Shown in pieces: positions 1-10,642 of a stretch of DNA of 25,264 bases. The stretch's first letter is position 1, and each line of letters starts with the position of its first letter. Both the position numbers and the translations under genes were made by a program. This DNA is from a bacterium (lineage in GTDB: Bacteria > Zhuqueibacterota > Zhuqueibacteria > Zhuqueibacterales > Zhuqueibacteraceae), in the NCBI GenBank assembly GCA_044869275.1, contig JBIOXB010000236.1, positions 1 to 25,264 of the forward strand. The letters run 5' to 3'. The notes beneath the pieces are model-generated. The model was not told the origin of the DNA and did not search any database. It was given only the letters and a program-made list of their open reading frames with translations.

Positions 1-373
1 CGAATTTAATAATATTGGCTGTTCGCAGATGGAGATGGAGCATGAAACCGGTTGTCATTCTCGGCTTGCTGGCAATCTTGCCGATGGCGGCGGCCAACGC
101 GCAAGAAACCACGATGTTGCGTTTTTCCGCGCTGGCAAAGAAAAATGCTGCTCTTGCGATAATGCGGTGGAGAAATACAAAAAAATCGAACCGGCATGTT
201 TGTTTTTGATGCAGCATTTGCCGAAAAGCCCGCTCTTCTAAATAAAAAAGTGTTTGCCTTTTCCCGGGAATTTGTACATATTTCGCCGTGTTTGAGGAAG
301 GAAAAAACGGGCAAATGCTGATGCATTGCGCATTCATTCTTTTTAAAAGCACTTCCGCCACAATTCTCTTCGG

Positions 374-406
374 CGTCCAGGACGTTCTGCGGGACGCTTT
401 TTTTTC
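374..406 (+). terminator. Possible intrinsic terminator/attenuator upstream of the TonB-dependent receptor
   Basis: GCGTCC...GGACGC stem followed directly by a T8 run. Confidence 0.35.
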
Positions 407-632
407 CCTTCCCGAGTCAAAATTACATTGCCATGTTCATGAAATGCTCAAGCGCTGGTAATGTTGCTTTAACATGCCGTTCATAAGATTGCTGTGCTGA
501 TCACTCTGCCAGGAGAAGTGAAATCTTTGCCTAAACGAACACCGATTGTTTCGAAGGTTTTCCGGCTCCCCCTCGGCTTTGTCCATTGACAATCCCAGTT
601 ATTCCCTTAACCAAACTCACGGAGGGTTTAGG

Positions 633-3600
633 ATGCAACACAACCTACGATCAGTCTTCAGACCGAACTGCCTCGCGGTTTTGGGCGGCGCGTTGCTTGC
701 CGTGCTGATGGCCTTTGGCCTAACCAGCTCGGCGTGGGCGCAAGGTGTGACTACGGCGGCATTGAACGGCGTCGTGGTTGATCAAAGCGGCAAACCTTTG
801 CCCGGCGCCAATGTGACCGTTGTTCATCAACCCTCGGGCACCAACTATGGCGCCGCCGCACGCACAGATGGCCGGTTCAATATTCCCGGTCTGCGCGTGG
901 GTGGCCCTTACACCGTGACCGTGACATTTATCGGCTACCAGAGACAACAGTTGAGCGATGTTTCTCTCGGCCTGGGCGAAGATCGCCGCCTGGTTTTCCG
1001 ATTGGCAGAGGAAGCTCTGCAGGCCGCGGAAGTTACCGTCACCGCGGAGCAGGATGCGATCTTGAGCGCGTCACGTACCGGCGCCGCAACTTCCGTTAGC
1101 AGCCTGGCCCTGCAATCGCTTCCGACCATTTCCCGGAACATCAATGACTTTACCCGCTTGACTCCGCAGGCCAGCGGCAGCTCTTTTGCTGGGCAAGATA
1201 ATCGCTTGAACAACATCACTGTAGATGGGTCCTATTTCAACAACTCCTTTGGTTTGGCCGGCAGCCCCGGCGAAAGAACCGGTGTGGCGCCGATATCTCT
1301 CGACGCGATCGAGCAGATACAGGTCAACGTCGCTCCCTATGACGTGCGCCAGGGCAATTTCGTTGGTGCAGGCATCAACACCGTCACCAAAAGCGGCACC
1401 AATGAGATTTCCGGCTCCGCCTACTATCAATTCCGCAATGAAAGCCTGGTTGGCGAAGAGGCCAAAGATCTGAAATATGTTCCGGGCAAGTTCGACTACA
1501 GCCAAATCGGGCTGCGCCTGGGTGGGCCAGTTATCAAGAACAAATTGTTTTTCTTTGGCAGTTTTGAAAACGACGAAGTCACCCTGCCGGGAACCGATTA
1601 CACCGCCAATTCCGGTACCGAGCCCGTGACCGGCACCAAGACCAGGGTGCTGGCCTCCGAGCTGAACGAGCTCGGCACTTTTTTGAGCTCAAATTTCGGC
1701 TACCAAAGCGGTGGCTATCAGGGCTATGACTTCAAAACTCCTGCGACGAGAATCATCGCGAAGCTGGATTATAACCTAAACAGCAAGAACAAACTGAGCT
1801 TGCGTTACAACCATCTCGATTCGAATACGGACCAATTGGTGTCGAACTCTTCCTCCCTGGGCTTTGGCAACCGCAGAACCAACAACAATGCCCTGAATTT
1901 CCAGAATTCGAATTACATTATTCTGGAGAATATTCGCTCCATCGTCGGTGAGTGGAACTCGATCGTTGGCTCCAATATGGCGAATAATCTGCTCATTGGT
2001 TATAGCCACAGCGACGAGAGCCGCGACTTCGTGGGCTCTTTTTTCCCCATGGCCGATATTCTCAAAGACGGCTCCACCTATACGACGTTTGGTTTTGAGC
2101 CGTTCACGCCGAACAATGAATTGCGCTACAAGAGCTTCCAGTTGCAGAATAACTTCACCATGTACCGCGCCGATCATAACCTCACTTTCGGCGTGAGCGC
2201 GGAACGATATGAATCCGAGAACGTGTTCTTCCCCGGCGCGCAAAGCGCATACGTGTATAATTCTTTGGCTGACTTCTACACCGATGCCAACGATTATATC
2301 GCCAATCCCAACAGAACAGTCTCACCGGTGACCTTGCGCCGCTTTCAGGTGCGCTGGTCAAATATACCCGGCCAGGAGAAACCGATACAGCCGCTCGAAG
2401 TATTCTATACTGGTATCTATGGCCAGGATGAGTGGCAAGCCAACAGTAAATTGCGGTTGAGCTTGGGTCTGAGACTCGACGTCCCATTCTTTGGCGATAC
2501 CGGCTTCAAGAACGCGGAGGTCGATAATCTCAACTTCATGGATGAGAACGGCGCGACCGTTAAATATTCCACGGATAAACTCCCGGATCCGAATATTCTC
2601 TGGTCGCCAAGAGTTGGTTTCAATTGGGATGTCACCGGCGACCGCACCACTCAGATTCGGGGCGGAACAGGCATTTTTACCGGCCGCCCGGCGTATGTGT
2701 GGATTTCAAATCAGATCGGTGAAAATGGGATTCTGACCGGTTTTGAACAAGTGGAAAACACGACCGCAAGACCGTTCAATCCCGACCCCGATCATTACAA
2801 GCCAGCCAATGTCACCGGCGCCCCGGCTTCCAGTTATGGACTGGCCTTTACCGATCCCAATTACAAGTTTCCCCAGTTGTGGCGAAGCAACCTTGCCGTC
2901 GACAAGCAGTTGCCCTGGTGGGGACTGGTCGGAACCGCCGAGTTTATTTACGGCAAGGACGTTAACGGCGTCTATTACATCAATGCCAACCAGGCTCCAG
3001 CCAATTCGAACTTCGTTGGCGTCGATAACCGTCCAAGATGGACCACAATTGCCGGCGACCCGAATCCGAACCGGATCAACAACAATATTACCAGTGCGAT
3101 CGTTTTGAAGAACCAGAGTGAGGGCTATTCCTGGAATATCGCTGCCGCGCTGGAAAGGCCTTTCACTAACGGCTTCTATGTGAAAGCAGCCTACAGCTAT
3201 GGCATAAGCAAGAACACAGTCGACCCCGGCTCCATTGCTTTTGGCTCCTGGAACAATAATCAACATGCCGGCGATGGCAACAACCCGGGCGTGGGATTCT
3301 CCAGCAATTCTCCGGGGCACAGAGTATTTGCAGCGGCCTCCTACCGCAAGGAATACTTCAAGTTTGGTGCTACCACGGTTTCGTTGTTCTGGGAAGGCGC
3401 CCGCAACTTTCCCGCCGACCCCTTTGTATTTAATTCCCGCACCGCCAGCTACACCTTTAGCGGCGACCTGAACGGCGACGGCGGCACCAGCAATGATTTG
3501 ATTTATATTCCTCGCGACGCTTCGGAAATGAATTTTGAGCAATTTACTGCGTCCGGCAGAACATTCACCGTCGCAGAACAAGAAGCCGCCTGGGAGGCTT

Positions 3601-3977
3601 TCATCCAGCAAGATCCCTATTTGAAGAACAACCGCGGCAAGTACGCCGAGCGCGGTGGCCTTTCCCTGCCCATGGTTTACCGCGCTGACTTCAGCATTTC
3701 GCAGGATTTGTTTGGCAACGTTCTGCAAAAGCGCAATTCTTTGCAGTTCAGAGTAGATTTTCTGAATTTTGGCAATCTGCTCAACAAGAATTGGGGCGTA
3801 AGCCAGCGCCTGACCACGACACAGCCCCTGACTGCTCGCGGCGCCGATGCGCAGGGCCGGGCGCTTTACAGATTGAGAAACATCAACGATCAGCTGATTT
3901 CCACCACCTACCAATATAATGCCGATCGCTTTGATGTTTTCCGGCTGCAGTTCAGCTTGAGATATACCTTCAACTGA
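633..3977 (+). CDS. Oar-like TonB-dependent outer-membrane receptor with N-terminal carboxypeptidase-regulatory-like domain
   Basis: SD GGAGGG at 621-626 before ATG 633; signal peptide ending AWA-Q; 'LNGVVVDQSGKPLPGANVTV...GRFNIPGLRVGGPYTVTV' domain; plug motifs 'NNITVDG' and 'GAGINTVTKSGTN'; beta-signal-like C-terminus 'QFSLRYTFN'. Confidence 0.9.
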   Translation: MQHNLRSVFRPNCLAVLGGALLAVLMAFGLTSSAWAQGVTTAALNGVVVDQSGKPLPGANVTVVHQPSGTNYGAAARTDGRFNIPGLRVGGPYTVTVTFIGYQRQQLSDVSLGLGEDRRLVFRLAEEALQAAEVTVTAEQDAILSASRTGAATSVSSLALQSLPTISRNINDFTRLTPQASGSSFAGQDNRLNNITVDGSYFNNSFGLAGSPGERTGVAPISLDAIEQIQVNVAPYDVRQGNFVGAGINTVTKSGTNEISGSAYYQFRNESLVGEEAKDLKYVPGKFDYSQIGLRLGGPVIKNKLFFFGSFENDEVTLPGTDYTANSGTEPVTGTKTRVLASELNELGTFLSSNFGYQSGGYQGYDFKTPATRIIAKLDYNLNSKNKLSLRYNHLDSNTDQLVSNSSSLGFGNRRTNNNALNFQNSNYIILENIRSIVGEWNSIVGSNMANNLLIGYSHSDESRDFVGSFFPMADILKDGSTYTTFGFEPFTPNNELRYKSFQLQNNFTMYRADHNLTFGVSAERYESENVFFPGAQSAYVYNSLADFYTDANDYIANPNRTVSPVTLRRFQVRWSNIPGQEKPIQPLEVFYTGIYGQDEWQANSKLRLSLGLRLDVPFFGDTGFKNAEVDNLNFMDENGATVKYSTDKLPDPNILWSPRVGFNWDVTGDRTTQIRGGTGIFTGRPAYVWISNQIGENGILTGFEQVENTTARPFNPDPDHYKPANVTGAPASSYGLAFTDPNYKFPQLWRSNLAVDKQLPWWGLVGTAEFIYGKDVNGVYYINANQAPANSNFVGVDNRPRWTTIAGDPNPNRINNNITSAIVLKNQSEGYSWNIAAALERPFTNGFYVKAAYSYGISKNTVDPGSIAFGSWNNNQHAGDGNNPGVGFSSNSPGHRVFAAASYRKEYFKFGATTVSLFWEGARNFPADPFVFNSRTASYTFSGDLNGDGGTSNDLIYIPRDASEMNFEQFTASGRTFTVAEQEAAWEAFIQQDPYLKNNRGKYAERGGLSLPMVYRADFSISQDLFGNVLQKRNSLQFRVDFLNFGNLLNKNWGVSQRLTTTQPLTARGADAQGRALYRLRNINDQLISTTYQYNADRFDVFRLQFSLRYTFN

Positions 3978-3993
3978 GATCACTTTCTCCCGC

Positions 3994-4032
3994 AAAAGCC
4001 GCCTCCTAAACGGAGGCGGCTTTTTTATTTTT
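3994..4032 (+). terminator. Rho-independent terminator
   Basis: AAAAGCCGCCTCC-taaac-GGAGGCGGCTTTT perfect stem plus T tract, just after the stop at 3977. Confidence 0.9.
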
Positions 4033-4049
4033 GTAGCGAGATGTTCAAA

Positions 4050-4108
4050 TTCAACTTGCTTTGTAATAATTTTTTAATAAATTGTCTCAATATTAATTAG
4101 ATAATAAA
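4050..4108 (+). promoter_or_regulatory. Putative AT-rich sigma70-like promoter for the urease cluster
   Basis: Very AT-rich segment between the terminator and ureD, with TTGCTT and TAAATT/TAATAA-like hexamers. Confidence 0.3.
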
Positions 4109-4921
4109 GTGAAATCATGTGGACTCCTAAAATTTTATTGTAGCGCCGGACAAACGGCGGTTACGCGCGCACAGGCCAGTAGCCCTTTGCAATTGCTCGT
4201 CCCGCGCCCGCGCGGCATGGGCGCGTGGGTATGCACGAGCCACTTCGGCGGTGGTCTGGTCGCGGGCGACGAGGTCAGCTTGGAGATTCACGCCGGCGCA
4301 GGAACGCGCGCCTACATTGGCACGCAAAGCTCGACGAAGGTTTACCGAAGCCCTGACGGGCGCGTGAGCCGGTTCGATCTGCATGCTTCCCTTGACCGCG
4401 ACGCGGTGCTCATCGTCGCGCCGAATCACGTGCAGTGTTTTGCCGGAGCCGCATACGAGCAACGCCAAGAGTTTAGGCTGCAATCGGGCGCCGGGCTCTT
4501 ACTTGTGGACTGGCTCAGCAGTGGACGCTTCGCGCGCGGCGAGCGCTGGGCCTTCACGCGCTACCGCAGTCGCATCGACATTTTTTGTGGCAACGACCAC
4601 GTGCTGGCCGAGGCCTTGTTGCTGGATCCGGCCGATGGCTTGTTGGCGAGCGCGCATCGCATGGGACGATTCGACTGCCTCGCGCTGGTGGTATTTATCG
4701 GTGAGCCGTTTCGCGCCACTGCTGAACGCCTGCTGCAAGAGATCGCCGCAGAGCCGGTGAGGCGGAACGGTTCGTTTCTGTGCGCCGCCAGCCCGATTCG
4801 AAATGGCGCCTTGCTGCGTGCAGCCGGAGTGGGTACTGAAGAAGTAGGCCGGTTCATTCATCGGCACATCTCATTCATGAGCGCGTTCTTGGATGGGGAC
4901 CCATGGGAAAGGAAATGGTGA
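4109..4921 (+). CDS. ureD: Urease accessory protein UreD
   Basis: 'GGGLVAGD', 'TQSSTKVY' and 'GRFARGERW' motifs; directly upstream of the structural genes; GTG start uncertain. Confidence 0.9.
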   Translation: MKSCGLLKFYCSAGQTAVTRAQASSPLQLLVPRPRGMGAWVCTSHFGGGLVAGDEVSLEIHAGAGTRAYIGTQSSTKVYRSPDGRVSRFDLHASLDRDAVLIVAPNHVQCFAGAAYEQRQEFRLQSGAGLLLVDWLSSGRFARGERWAFTRYRSRIDIFCGNDHVLAEALLLDPADGLLASAHRMGRFDCLALVVFIGEPFRATAERLLQEIAAEPVRRNGSFLCAASPIRNGALLRAAGVGTEEVGRFIHRHISFMSAFLDGDPWERKW

Positions 4922-4925
4922 GGCG

Positions 4926-5708
4926 ATGCATCTCTCCCCGCGTGAGATTGAAAAACTGATGTTGCACAACGCCGGCTTTCTCGCGCAGAAAAGGCTGGCG
5001 CGCGGACAGCGACTCAACCATCCGGAAGCGGTAGCCTTGATCGCAACGCAGATTCTGGAGCTCGTCCGTGACGGCAAGAGCGTGGCTGAGTTGATGGATC
5101 TCGGCCGGCAATTCCTCGGCCGCAACCAAGTGTTGCCCGGCGTGCCCGAGATGATCACGGAAGTGCAAGTGGAGGGTACCTTCCCCGACGGCACCAAGCT
5201 CGTTACCGTCCACCATCCCATCGCCGCCGAGAGCGGCAACCTCAGTTTAGCCCTGTACGGCAGTTTCCTGCCGGTGCCGGATCTCTCCGTATTTCAACCC
5301 GCCGATACCCGCCAACGCCTTGCGGTTGAAACGGAGCCGGGAGCCGTCATTGTTGCAGAAGGTGAGCTGGTGCTCAATGCCGGCCGCGACACGGTCACGT
5401 TGGCAGTCACGAATCTGGGCGACCGGCCCATTCAAGTCGGCAGCCATTATCACTTTATTGAGACCAATGCTTCGTTGCAGTTCGACCGCATCAAGGCTTA
5501 TGGCAAGCGTCTCGACATCCCTGCCGGCACGGCCGTCCGCTTTGAACCGGGAGAGACCAAAACGGTCACGCTCGTGGACATTGCCGGCCTCCGTGTCATT
5601 CGCGGCGGCAATAATCTGGCCGGCGGTCCGGTCAGCCGCGAAGGTTTGAGCCAGGCCATGGCACAGATCGCGGCGCAAAACTTTGCGCATCAGGAACAGG
5701 AGGGTTGA
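4926..5708 (+). CDS. ureAB: Urease fused gamma-beta subunit
   Basis: Gamma '[11 protein letters not shown]...[19 protein letters not shown]' continues in frame into beta '[15 protein letters not shown]...[16 protein letters not shown]'; ATG 4926 preceded by GAGG. Confidence 0.95.
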   Translation: MHLSPREIEKLMLHNAGFLAQKRLARGQRLNHPEAVALIATQILELVRDGKSVAELMDLGRQFLGRNQVLPGVPEMITEVQVEGTFPDGTKLVTVHHPIAAESGNLSLALYGSFLPVPDLSVFQPADTRQRLAVETEPGAVIVAEGELVLNAGRDTVTLAVTNLGDRPIQVGSHYHFIETNASLQFDRIKAYGKRLDIPAGTAVRFEPGETKTVTLVDIAGLRVIRGGNNLAGGPVSREGLSQAMAQIAAQNFAHQEQEG

Positions 5709-5710
5709 CC

Positions 5711-7426
5711 ATGCCGCACCGGATGAAACGATCCACTTATGCAGAGATGTTTGGCCCGACCACGGGTGATAGACTCAGATTAGGCGACACTGATCTCATT
5801 CTCGAAGTCGAGCGCGACTTTGCGGTGTACGGCGAGGAATGCAAATTCGGCGGCGGCAAAGTATTGCGCGATGGCATGGGCCAGGCCGCCGGCATCGGCG
5901 ACGCCGAGGCGCTGGACTGCGTCATCACCAATGCGCTGATCGTGGACTATACCGGGATCTACAAGGCCGACCTCGGCATCAAGCATGGTTTCATCGCCGG
6001 CATCGGCAAAGCCGGCAACCCCGAGGTGATGCACGGCGTCACGCCGGGCATGATCATCGGCGTCACCACAGAAGTCATCGCCGGCGAAGGGCTGATCCTC
6101 ACCGCCGGCGGAGTGGACACGCATATTCACTTCATCTCACCGCAGCAAGTTTTCGAAGCGCTGGCCAGCGGCATGACCACGTTCGTCGGCGGCGGCACCG
6201 GCCCGGCCACCGGCACGGCCGCGACCACTTGCACGCCCGGTGCGAACAACATCCGCCTGATGCTGCAGGCCACCGAGGCGTTTCCGATGAATTTCGGGTT
6301 CACCGGCAAGGGCAATAGCGCCGCGCCTGAAGGCCTGCCGGAACAGATCATTGCCGGCGCCGTCGGTTTGAAGCTCCATGAAGATTGGGGCACAACGCCG
6401 GCGGCCATCGACTGCTGCCTGCAAGTGGCCGAAGAACACGATGTGCAAGTCACCATTCACACCGACACGCTCAACGAATCCGGTTTTGTCGAGGCCAGCA
6501 TTGCGGCGTTCAAAGGCCGCACGATTCATACCTATCACTCGGAAGGCGCCGGCGGCGGACACGCGCCCGACATCATTCGCATCTGCGGCGAGCCAAACGT
6601 ATTACCCAGTTCGACGAACCCGACCCGGCCCTACACCGCCAACACCCTCGACGAGCATCTCGATATGCTCATGGTCTGCCATCACCTCGATCCGGGCCTG
6701 CCGGAAGACGTCGCGTTTGCCGAAAGCCGCATTCGGGGCGAGACCATTGCCGCGGAAGATATCCTGCACGATCTCGGCGCGATCAGCATGATGAGCAGCG
6801 ATTCGCAAGCGATGGGCCGCGTCGGCGAAGTGATCACGCGCACGTGGCAGACCGCACACAAAATGCGCGAGCAACGCGGCCGCCTGCCACAGGAGAACGG
6901 CGCCAACGACAATGTGCGCATCAAGCGGTACCTCAGCAAGTACACCATCAACCCGGCTCTCGCCCATGGCATGGCGCATCTCATCGGTTCGGTGGAGGCC
7001 GGCAAGCTGGCGGATTTGGTACTGTGGAAGCCGGCTTTCTTCGGCGCCAAGCCGGAACTGGTGATCAAAGGCGGCTTCATTGCCTGGGCGCAAATGGGAG
7101 ACCCCAATGCCTCGATTCCCACGCCGCAGCCGGTGTTCATGCGGCCCATGTTCGGCGCGTATGGACACGCCGTTGGCCCAACCTCGGTGGCGTTTGTCAG
7201 TCAAGCCTGTGTTGAGAATGGCGTCGCTCAGAAATATGGTTTGGAAAAGCGCATTGTGCCGGTGCGCGGCTGCCGGAGACTCGGCAAGCGCGACATGAAA
7301 TGGAATGACGCCACTCCTGAGATCACAGTTGATCCCGAAACGTACAAGGTGACCGCTGACGGCGAAGTGCTGGCCTGCGAGCCGGCCAAGCAGCTGCCGC
7401 TGGCGCAACGGTATTTCTTGTTTTGA
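5711..7426 (+). CDS. ureC: Urease alpha (catalytic) subunit
   Basis: SD AGGAGG at 5698-5703; Ni-site motifs 'DTHIHF', 'GLKLHEDWG', 'IHTDT', '[10 protein letters not shown]', 'MVCHHL', 'SSDSQAMGR'; C-terminus '[10 protein letters not shown]'. Confidence 0.97.
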   Translation: MPHRMKRSTYAEMFGPTTGDRLRLGDTDLILEVERDFAVYGEECKFGGGKVLRDGMGQAAGIGDAEALDCVITNALIVDYTGIYKADLGIKHGFIAGIGKAGNPEVMHGVTPGMIIGVTTEVIAGEGLILTAGGVDTHIHFISPQQVFEALASGMTTFVGGGTGPATGTAATTCTPGANNIRLMLQATEAFPMNFGFTGKGNSAAPEGLPEQIIAGAVGLKLHEDWGTTPAAIDCCLQVAEEHDVQVTIHTDTLNESGFVEASIAAFKGRTIHTYHSEGAGGGHAPDIIRICGEPNVLPSSTNPTRPYTANTLDEHLDMLMVCHHLDPGLPEDVAFAESRIRGETIAAEDILHDLGAISMMSSDSQAMGRVGEVITRTWQTAHKMREQRGRLPQENGANDNVRIKRYLSKYTINPALAHGMAHLIGSVEAGKLADLVLWKPAFFGAKPELVIKGGFIAWAQMGDPNASIPTPQPVFMRPMFGAYGHAVGPTSVAFVSQACVENGVAQKYGLEKRIVPVRGCRRLGKRDMKWNDATPEITVDPETYKVTADGEVLACEPAKQLPLAQRYFLF

Positions 7427-7433
7427 GGTAACT

Positions 7434-8099
7434 TTGAATACTTCCGACTGGCTGCTCTGGCAATTGCTCGACTCGGCCTTCCCCCTCGGCGCATTCGCGC
7501 ATTCGGGTGGATTGGAAGCCGTGTGGCAAGCCGGCGAGGTAACCGGAAACATTGGTTTGGCGAGTTTCATCGAAGCCAGCCTGACGCAAGCCGGCCACGG
7601 TGGGCTGCCCTTCCTCCGCGCAGCCCACGAGCAACCTCAGCGGCTGAGCGAGCTCGATCGGCTCTGCGATGCGTTCCTCAACAACCATGTCGCCAACCGC
7701 GCGAGTCGCGCGCAGGGAAAGGCATTTTGGGCCGTGTCCGAAAGGATCCTTTCTGGTGCGGCGCGAAGTTTCGCAGCGCTCTCCTCACCGGCGCCGGAGC
7801 GGGGTCATTTTGCGCCGATATTCGGGGCGCTCACCAGCAGAGCGGGCATCTCGCGCGAGATGGCAACGCGCGCGTTCCTATTCCTCCAGTTGCGCGGGCT
7901 GCTGTCGAGCGCCGTGCGGTTGGGAATCATCGGAACGTTAGAGAGCCAGGCCTTGCAAGGCCGGCTGATGGCACACGCGGAAGCGGTTGTGCAGCGCTTA
8001 GGCAGCGCCCAGCTCCAGGACATTGCCCAGACCGCGCCGCTTTGGGATTTGCTGCAGGCGACACACGACCGGCTTTATTCACGATTGTTTCAAACGTAA
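7434..8099 (+). CDS. ureF: Urease accessory protein UreF
   Basis: 'QLLDSAFPLGAFAHSGGLE', 'SSAVRLGIIG' and C-terminal 'LYSRLFQT'; TTG start after GAGG. Confidence 0.92.
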   Translation: MNTSDWLLWQLLDSAFPLGAFAHSGGLEAVWQAGEVTGNIGLASFIEASLTQAGHGGLPFLRAAHEQPQRLSELDRLCDAFLNNHVANRASRAQGKAFWAVSERILSGAARSFAALSSPAPERGHFAPIFGALTSRAGISREMATRAFLFLQLRGLLSSAVRLGIIGTLESQALQGRLMAHAEAVVQRLGSAQLQDIAQTAPLWDLLQATHDRLYSRLFQT

Positions 8100-8149
8100 G
8101 GCGCCTGCGGTAAACAGTTTTTCCAATAGATAGATTAAGCGCAGCTATC

Positions 8150-8297
8150 TTGACTATGTTAAGTTAAACGCGCGCTATCTCAGTCTGTCATCCCGAAACT
8201 TCGGGATCTTCCCTAGGTTTGTGTGCAAGCCTCATGGGAAGATGCTTACAGCATGACAAAGACTAGAGGCTTTTTGTGCAAATACGCGAACTTAACA
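8150..8297. repeat. Modular TGTC-tagged palindromic element, copy 1 (MITE/REP-like)
   Basis: Ends TGTTAAGTT/AACTTAACA; 8181-8243 is identical over 63 bp to the reverse complement of 24454-24516; 8236-8269 is identical over 34 bp to the reverse complement of 13243-13276. Confidence 0.85.
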
Positions 8298-8312
8298 CGG
8301 ACGAGAATTTTT

Positions 8313-9029
8313 ATGGGCCACGGACCTCATTCTCACCAGCACGAAGAACTGGCGCACCCCGGCCATTTTCACGAGCGGGACCTGCTGCACGCGCACCGGA
8401 ATTTCGGCAAGCGCGCGTTTACGGTCGGCGTGGGCGGGCCGGTGGGCAGCGGCAAAACCGCGCTGCTGCTCGCATTGTGCCAGCACCTGCGCGGGCGCTA
8501 CCGGCTGGCGGCAGTGACGAACGATATCTTCACCCAGGAAGACGCCGAGTTTCTCATCCGCCACGGCGCGTTGGAAGCGGAGAAGATCTGCGCCATCGAA
8601 ACCGGCGGTTGTCCGCACGCCGCCATCCGCGAAGACATTACGGCCAATCTTCTCGCGTTGGAGGAGCTGCACGCCAAGTTCGATCCCGACATTCTGCTGA
8701 TCGAATCCGGGGGAGACAACCTGGCGGCGCATTTCAGCCGGGAGCTGGCGGACTACACGATTTACGTCATCGACGTGGCCGGCGGCGACAAAATTCCAAG
8801 GAAGGGCGGTCCTGGTATCACACAATCAGATTTGCTGGTCATCAACAAAACCGACTTGGCGGGGGCGGTGGAGGCTGATTTGTCGGTGATGGAACGCGAC
8901 TCCAAGAAGATGCGTGGCCAGGGCCCATTCGTTTTCGCGCAGATCAAAAATTCCCGGGGCACGGACGAAATCATCCACCACGTTCTTCACGCCTGGCAAC
9001 ATGCTACGGGCCACGCTCATTCACACTGA
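8313..9029 (+). CDS. ureG: Urease accessory GTPase UreG with His-rich termini
   Basis: P-loop 'GGPVGSGKT', 'ETGGCPH', 'ESGGDNL', 'INKTD'; ATG 8313 chosen because the longer ORF start lies inside the repeat element. Confidence 0.95.
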   Translation: MGHGPHSHQHEELAHPGHFHERDLLHAHRNFGKRAFTVGVGGPVGSGKTALLLALCQHLRGRYRLAAVTNDIFTQEDAEFLIRHGALEAEKICAIETGGCPHAAIREDITANLLALEELHAKFDPDILLIESGGDNLAAHFSRELADYTIYVIDVAGGDKIPRKGGPGITQSDLLVINKTDLAGAVEADLSVMERDSKKMRGQGPFVFAQIKNSRGTDEIIHHVLHAWQHATGHAHSH

Positions 9030-9271
9030 GCGTGGATGGGTACGATTGTCCGTCATAATCGTGCAGATCTGCACCAGAACGTTTACTCTCACGGCCTAAG
9101 ACCGGCGAGGGTGGAAACGGAGCAAGCGCTAGGAGAATGACTGAAGGACAATGAGTTGTGGTTTGATCCAGTAGAATTGTTAGCGCCCGCACGCAATCGG
9201 TGGTGATTGCAGGTAATAAGCTATGTCAGCAAATTGTCTTTTCGAACAAACGAATTTTCTGAGACAAGCTT

Positions 9272-9709
9272 ATGAAAAAACTCGCCTGCATTCTGCTGCT
9301 GATGCTTCTTGCCGGCTGCGGCGGCACGCGCCAGCAAGCCGACTTGCAAACGCTCGAAAAATGGGTGGGAAAATGGAGCGGCCAGGGTATGCGCGAAAAC
9401 CGCCTCGATCCTCTGCAAACCTGGACGCTGCAGTTGGTGCTGAAAAATGGCCGCCTGGCCGGCGTGATGGACGACGCCCTGGGTGAGATGCACAAACAAA
9501 AACTTCGCGACGTGCGCCTCGCCGAGGAGGTGCTTTATTTCAATCTCGGCTTCGAAACCAGCCGCGGCCTGCAAGTGGAGTATCAGCACGAAGTGCGCAT
9601 CACCGGGGACAAAATGCTCAGCCTGTTTCAAGGGCAGGAGGGAGGGAAGTCCTTTACTGGGAAGTGGGAAGCCAAGCGGGTTTATGAAAGCGACGCCGTG
9701 GCGCAATAA
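9272..9709 (+). CDS. Hypothetical lipoprotein
   Basis: MKK, hydrophobic stretch, lipobox LAGC; beta-strand-rich mature part. Confidence 0.75.
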   Translation: MKKLACILLLMLLAGCGGTRQQADLQTLEKWVGKWSGQGMRENRLDPLQTWTLQLVLKNGRLAGVMDDALGEMHKQKLRDVRLAEEVLYFNLGFETSRGLQVEYQHEVRITGDKMLSLFQGQEGGKSFTGKWEAKRVYESDAVAQ

Positions 9710-9732
9710 CGTGCAAAGATTCTCAGCCTCAG

Positions 9733-9800
9733 AAACCGCGAATAAGCGCAAATATGCGCCCATCTCCAAATTCGCGTGTATTAGCGATCATTCGCGGTTT
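9733..9800. repeat. Hairpin built from CGCGAAT-type short repeats, between convergent genes
   Basis: AAACCGCGAAT (9733-9743) / ATTCGCGGTTT (9790-9800) perfect 11-bp IR, with an internal ATTCGCG copy. Confidence 0.65.
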
Positions 9801-9855
9801 GAGGTATTTGAAACTTATTCAAACTCCGTTCCTCGCGCTGGCAAATTTAGCGGGC

Positions 9856-10239
9856 TCATTTCTGTTGGCCGTTGGCGATAACGGCAACCGCCAATCCCGT
9901 AATGATGAGCGCGGGAAACACGTCCACGTGCGCCTCTTCGTCCACGATTCTCTCGACCAGCGCTTCCTGCACTTGGATGACGGGAATCGCGATCAGCTTT
10001 CCGGCCTCGCTCCTTCCGGCAATGACCTTCGTATCACCCCGGTGTTCATCATAATAATGCCCGCCACTACTGTTGAACCGCACAACCTCGCCGGTGGTAA
10101 GCGTCAGCTGGACAATTTTCTCGCCTTCCAGGTTCGAAACACTTTTCGTGCGAATGAGGCTTCTTGATTGTCCGGCGCAACCGGCGGCAAAATACACCAA
10201 CACTAACAGAACGGCGGCGGTCGACAATCTGCGCAACAT
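9856..10239 (-). CDS. Hypothetical lipoprotein with C-terminal hydrophobic segment
   Basis: SD AAGGAG before ATG 10239; 'MLRRLSTAAVLLVLVYFAAGC' lipobox; C-terminal 'FPALIITGLAVAVIA'. Confidence 0.7.
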   Translation of the reverse strand: MLRRLSTAAVLLVLVYFAAGCAGQSRSLIRTKSVSNLEGEKIVQLTLTTGEVVRFNSSGGHYYDEHRGDTKVIAGRSEAGKLIAIPVIQVQEALVERIVDEEAHVDVFPALIITGLAVAVIANGQQK

Positions 10240-10382
10240 AGCTGCACACTCCTTTTTAATAGAGGTATATGAGAAATTCTCACTGGCTCCTAAACATAGC
10301 ATTGCAATAAATGTGCCATGCGAAACTCACAAAATTGCATCTCCCAACTCATTGTTTTCATGTGCTGAAAATCTGATGCGGC

Positions 10383-10500
10383 AACCACGGACATTTACAA
10401 ATGTGTAGAAGAACAGCAATTAATGAACACGGATTGATGGGAATTTCACGGATTCTAGCTATATCCGTGAAAATCCACATCATTCGTGTAATCCGTGGTT
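10383..10500. repeat. Nested hairpin of CACGGA/TCCGTG short repeats
   Basis: AACCACGGA/TCCGTGGTT outer IR, ACACGGATTGATG/CATCATTCGTGT middle, TTTCACGGAT/ATCCGTGAAA inner. Confidence 0.7.
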
Positions 10501-10642
10501 AAAAAATGACTCAGAGACCTTCAGAAAAGAGTGCGGTTTCAATCACCATAAGAGTAGACAGCGCTTTTTGCAAATGTATCGCTGTTTTTGAGGATTGGGG
10601 GAGAGGGTGAGGATTCGCAATGCTGCAGCATTGCACTCCAGC

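Noticed and set aside
6..326. Short ORFs at the window start
   Set aside because: Overlapping, motif-less and truncated in context; none can be supported
2706..3995. 429-aa antisense ORF (likewise 23230-24246, 6602-7570 and similar)
   Set aside because: Shadow ORFs opposite well-supported GC-rich genes, with no recognisable motifs
633..4921. TonB-dependent receptor as a co-transcribed nickel/urea importer for urease
   Set aside because: A strong terminator separates it from ureD, and nothing in the sequence indicates its substrate
8223..8312. N-terminal extensions of ureG (also the HD gene from 24558 and the PEGA gene from 21556)
   Set aside because: Extensions are translated repeat-element sequence; downstream ATGs match the family N-termini
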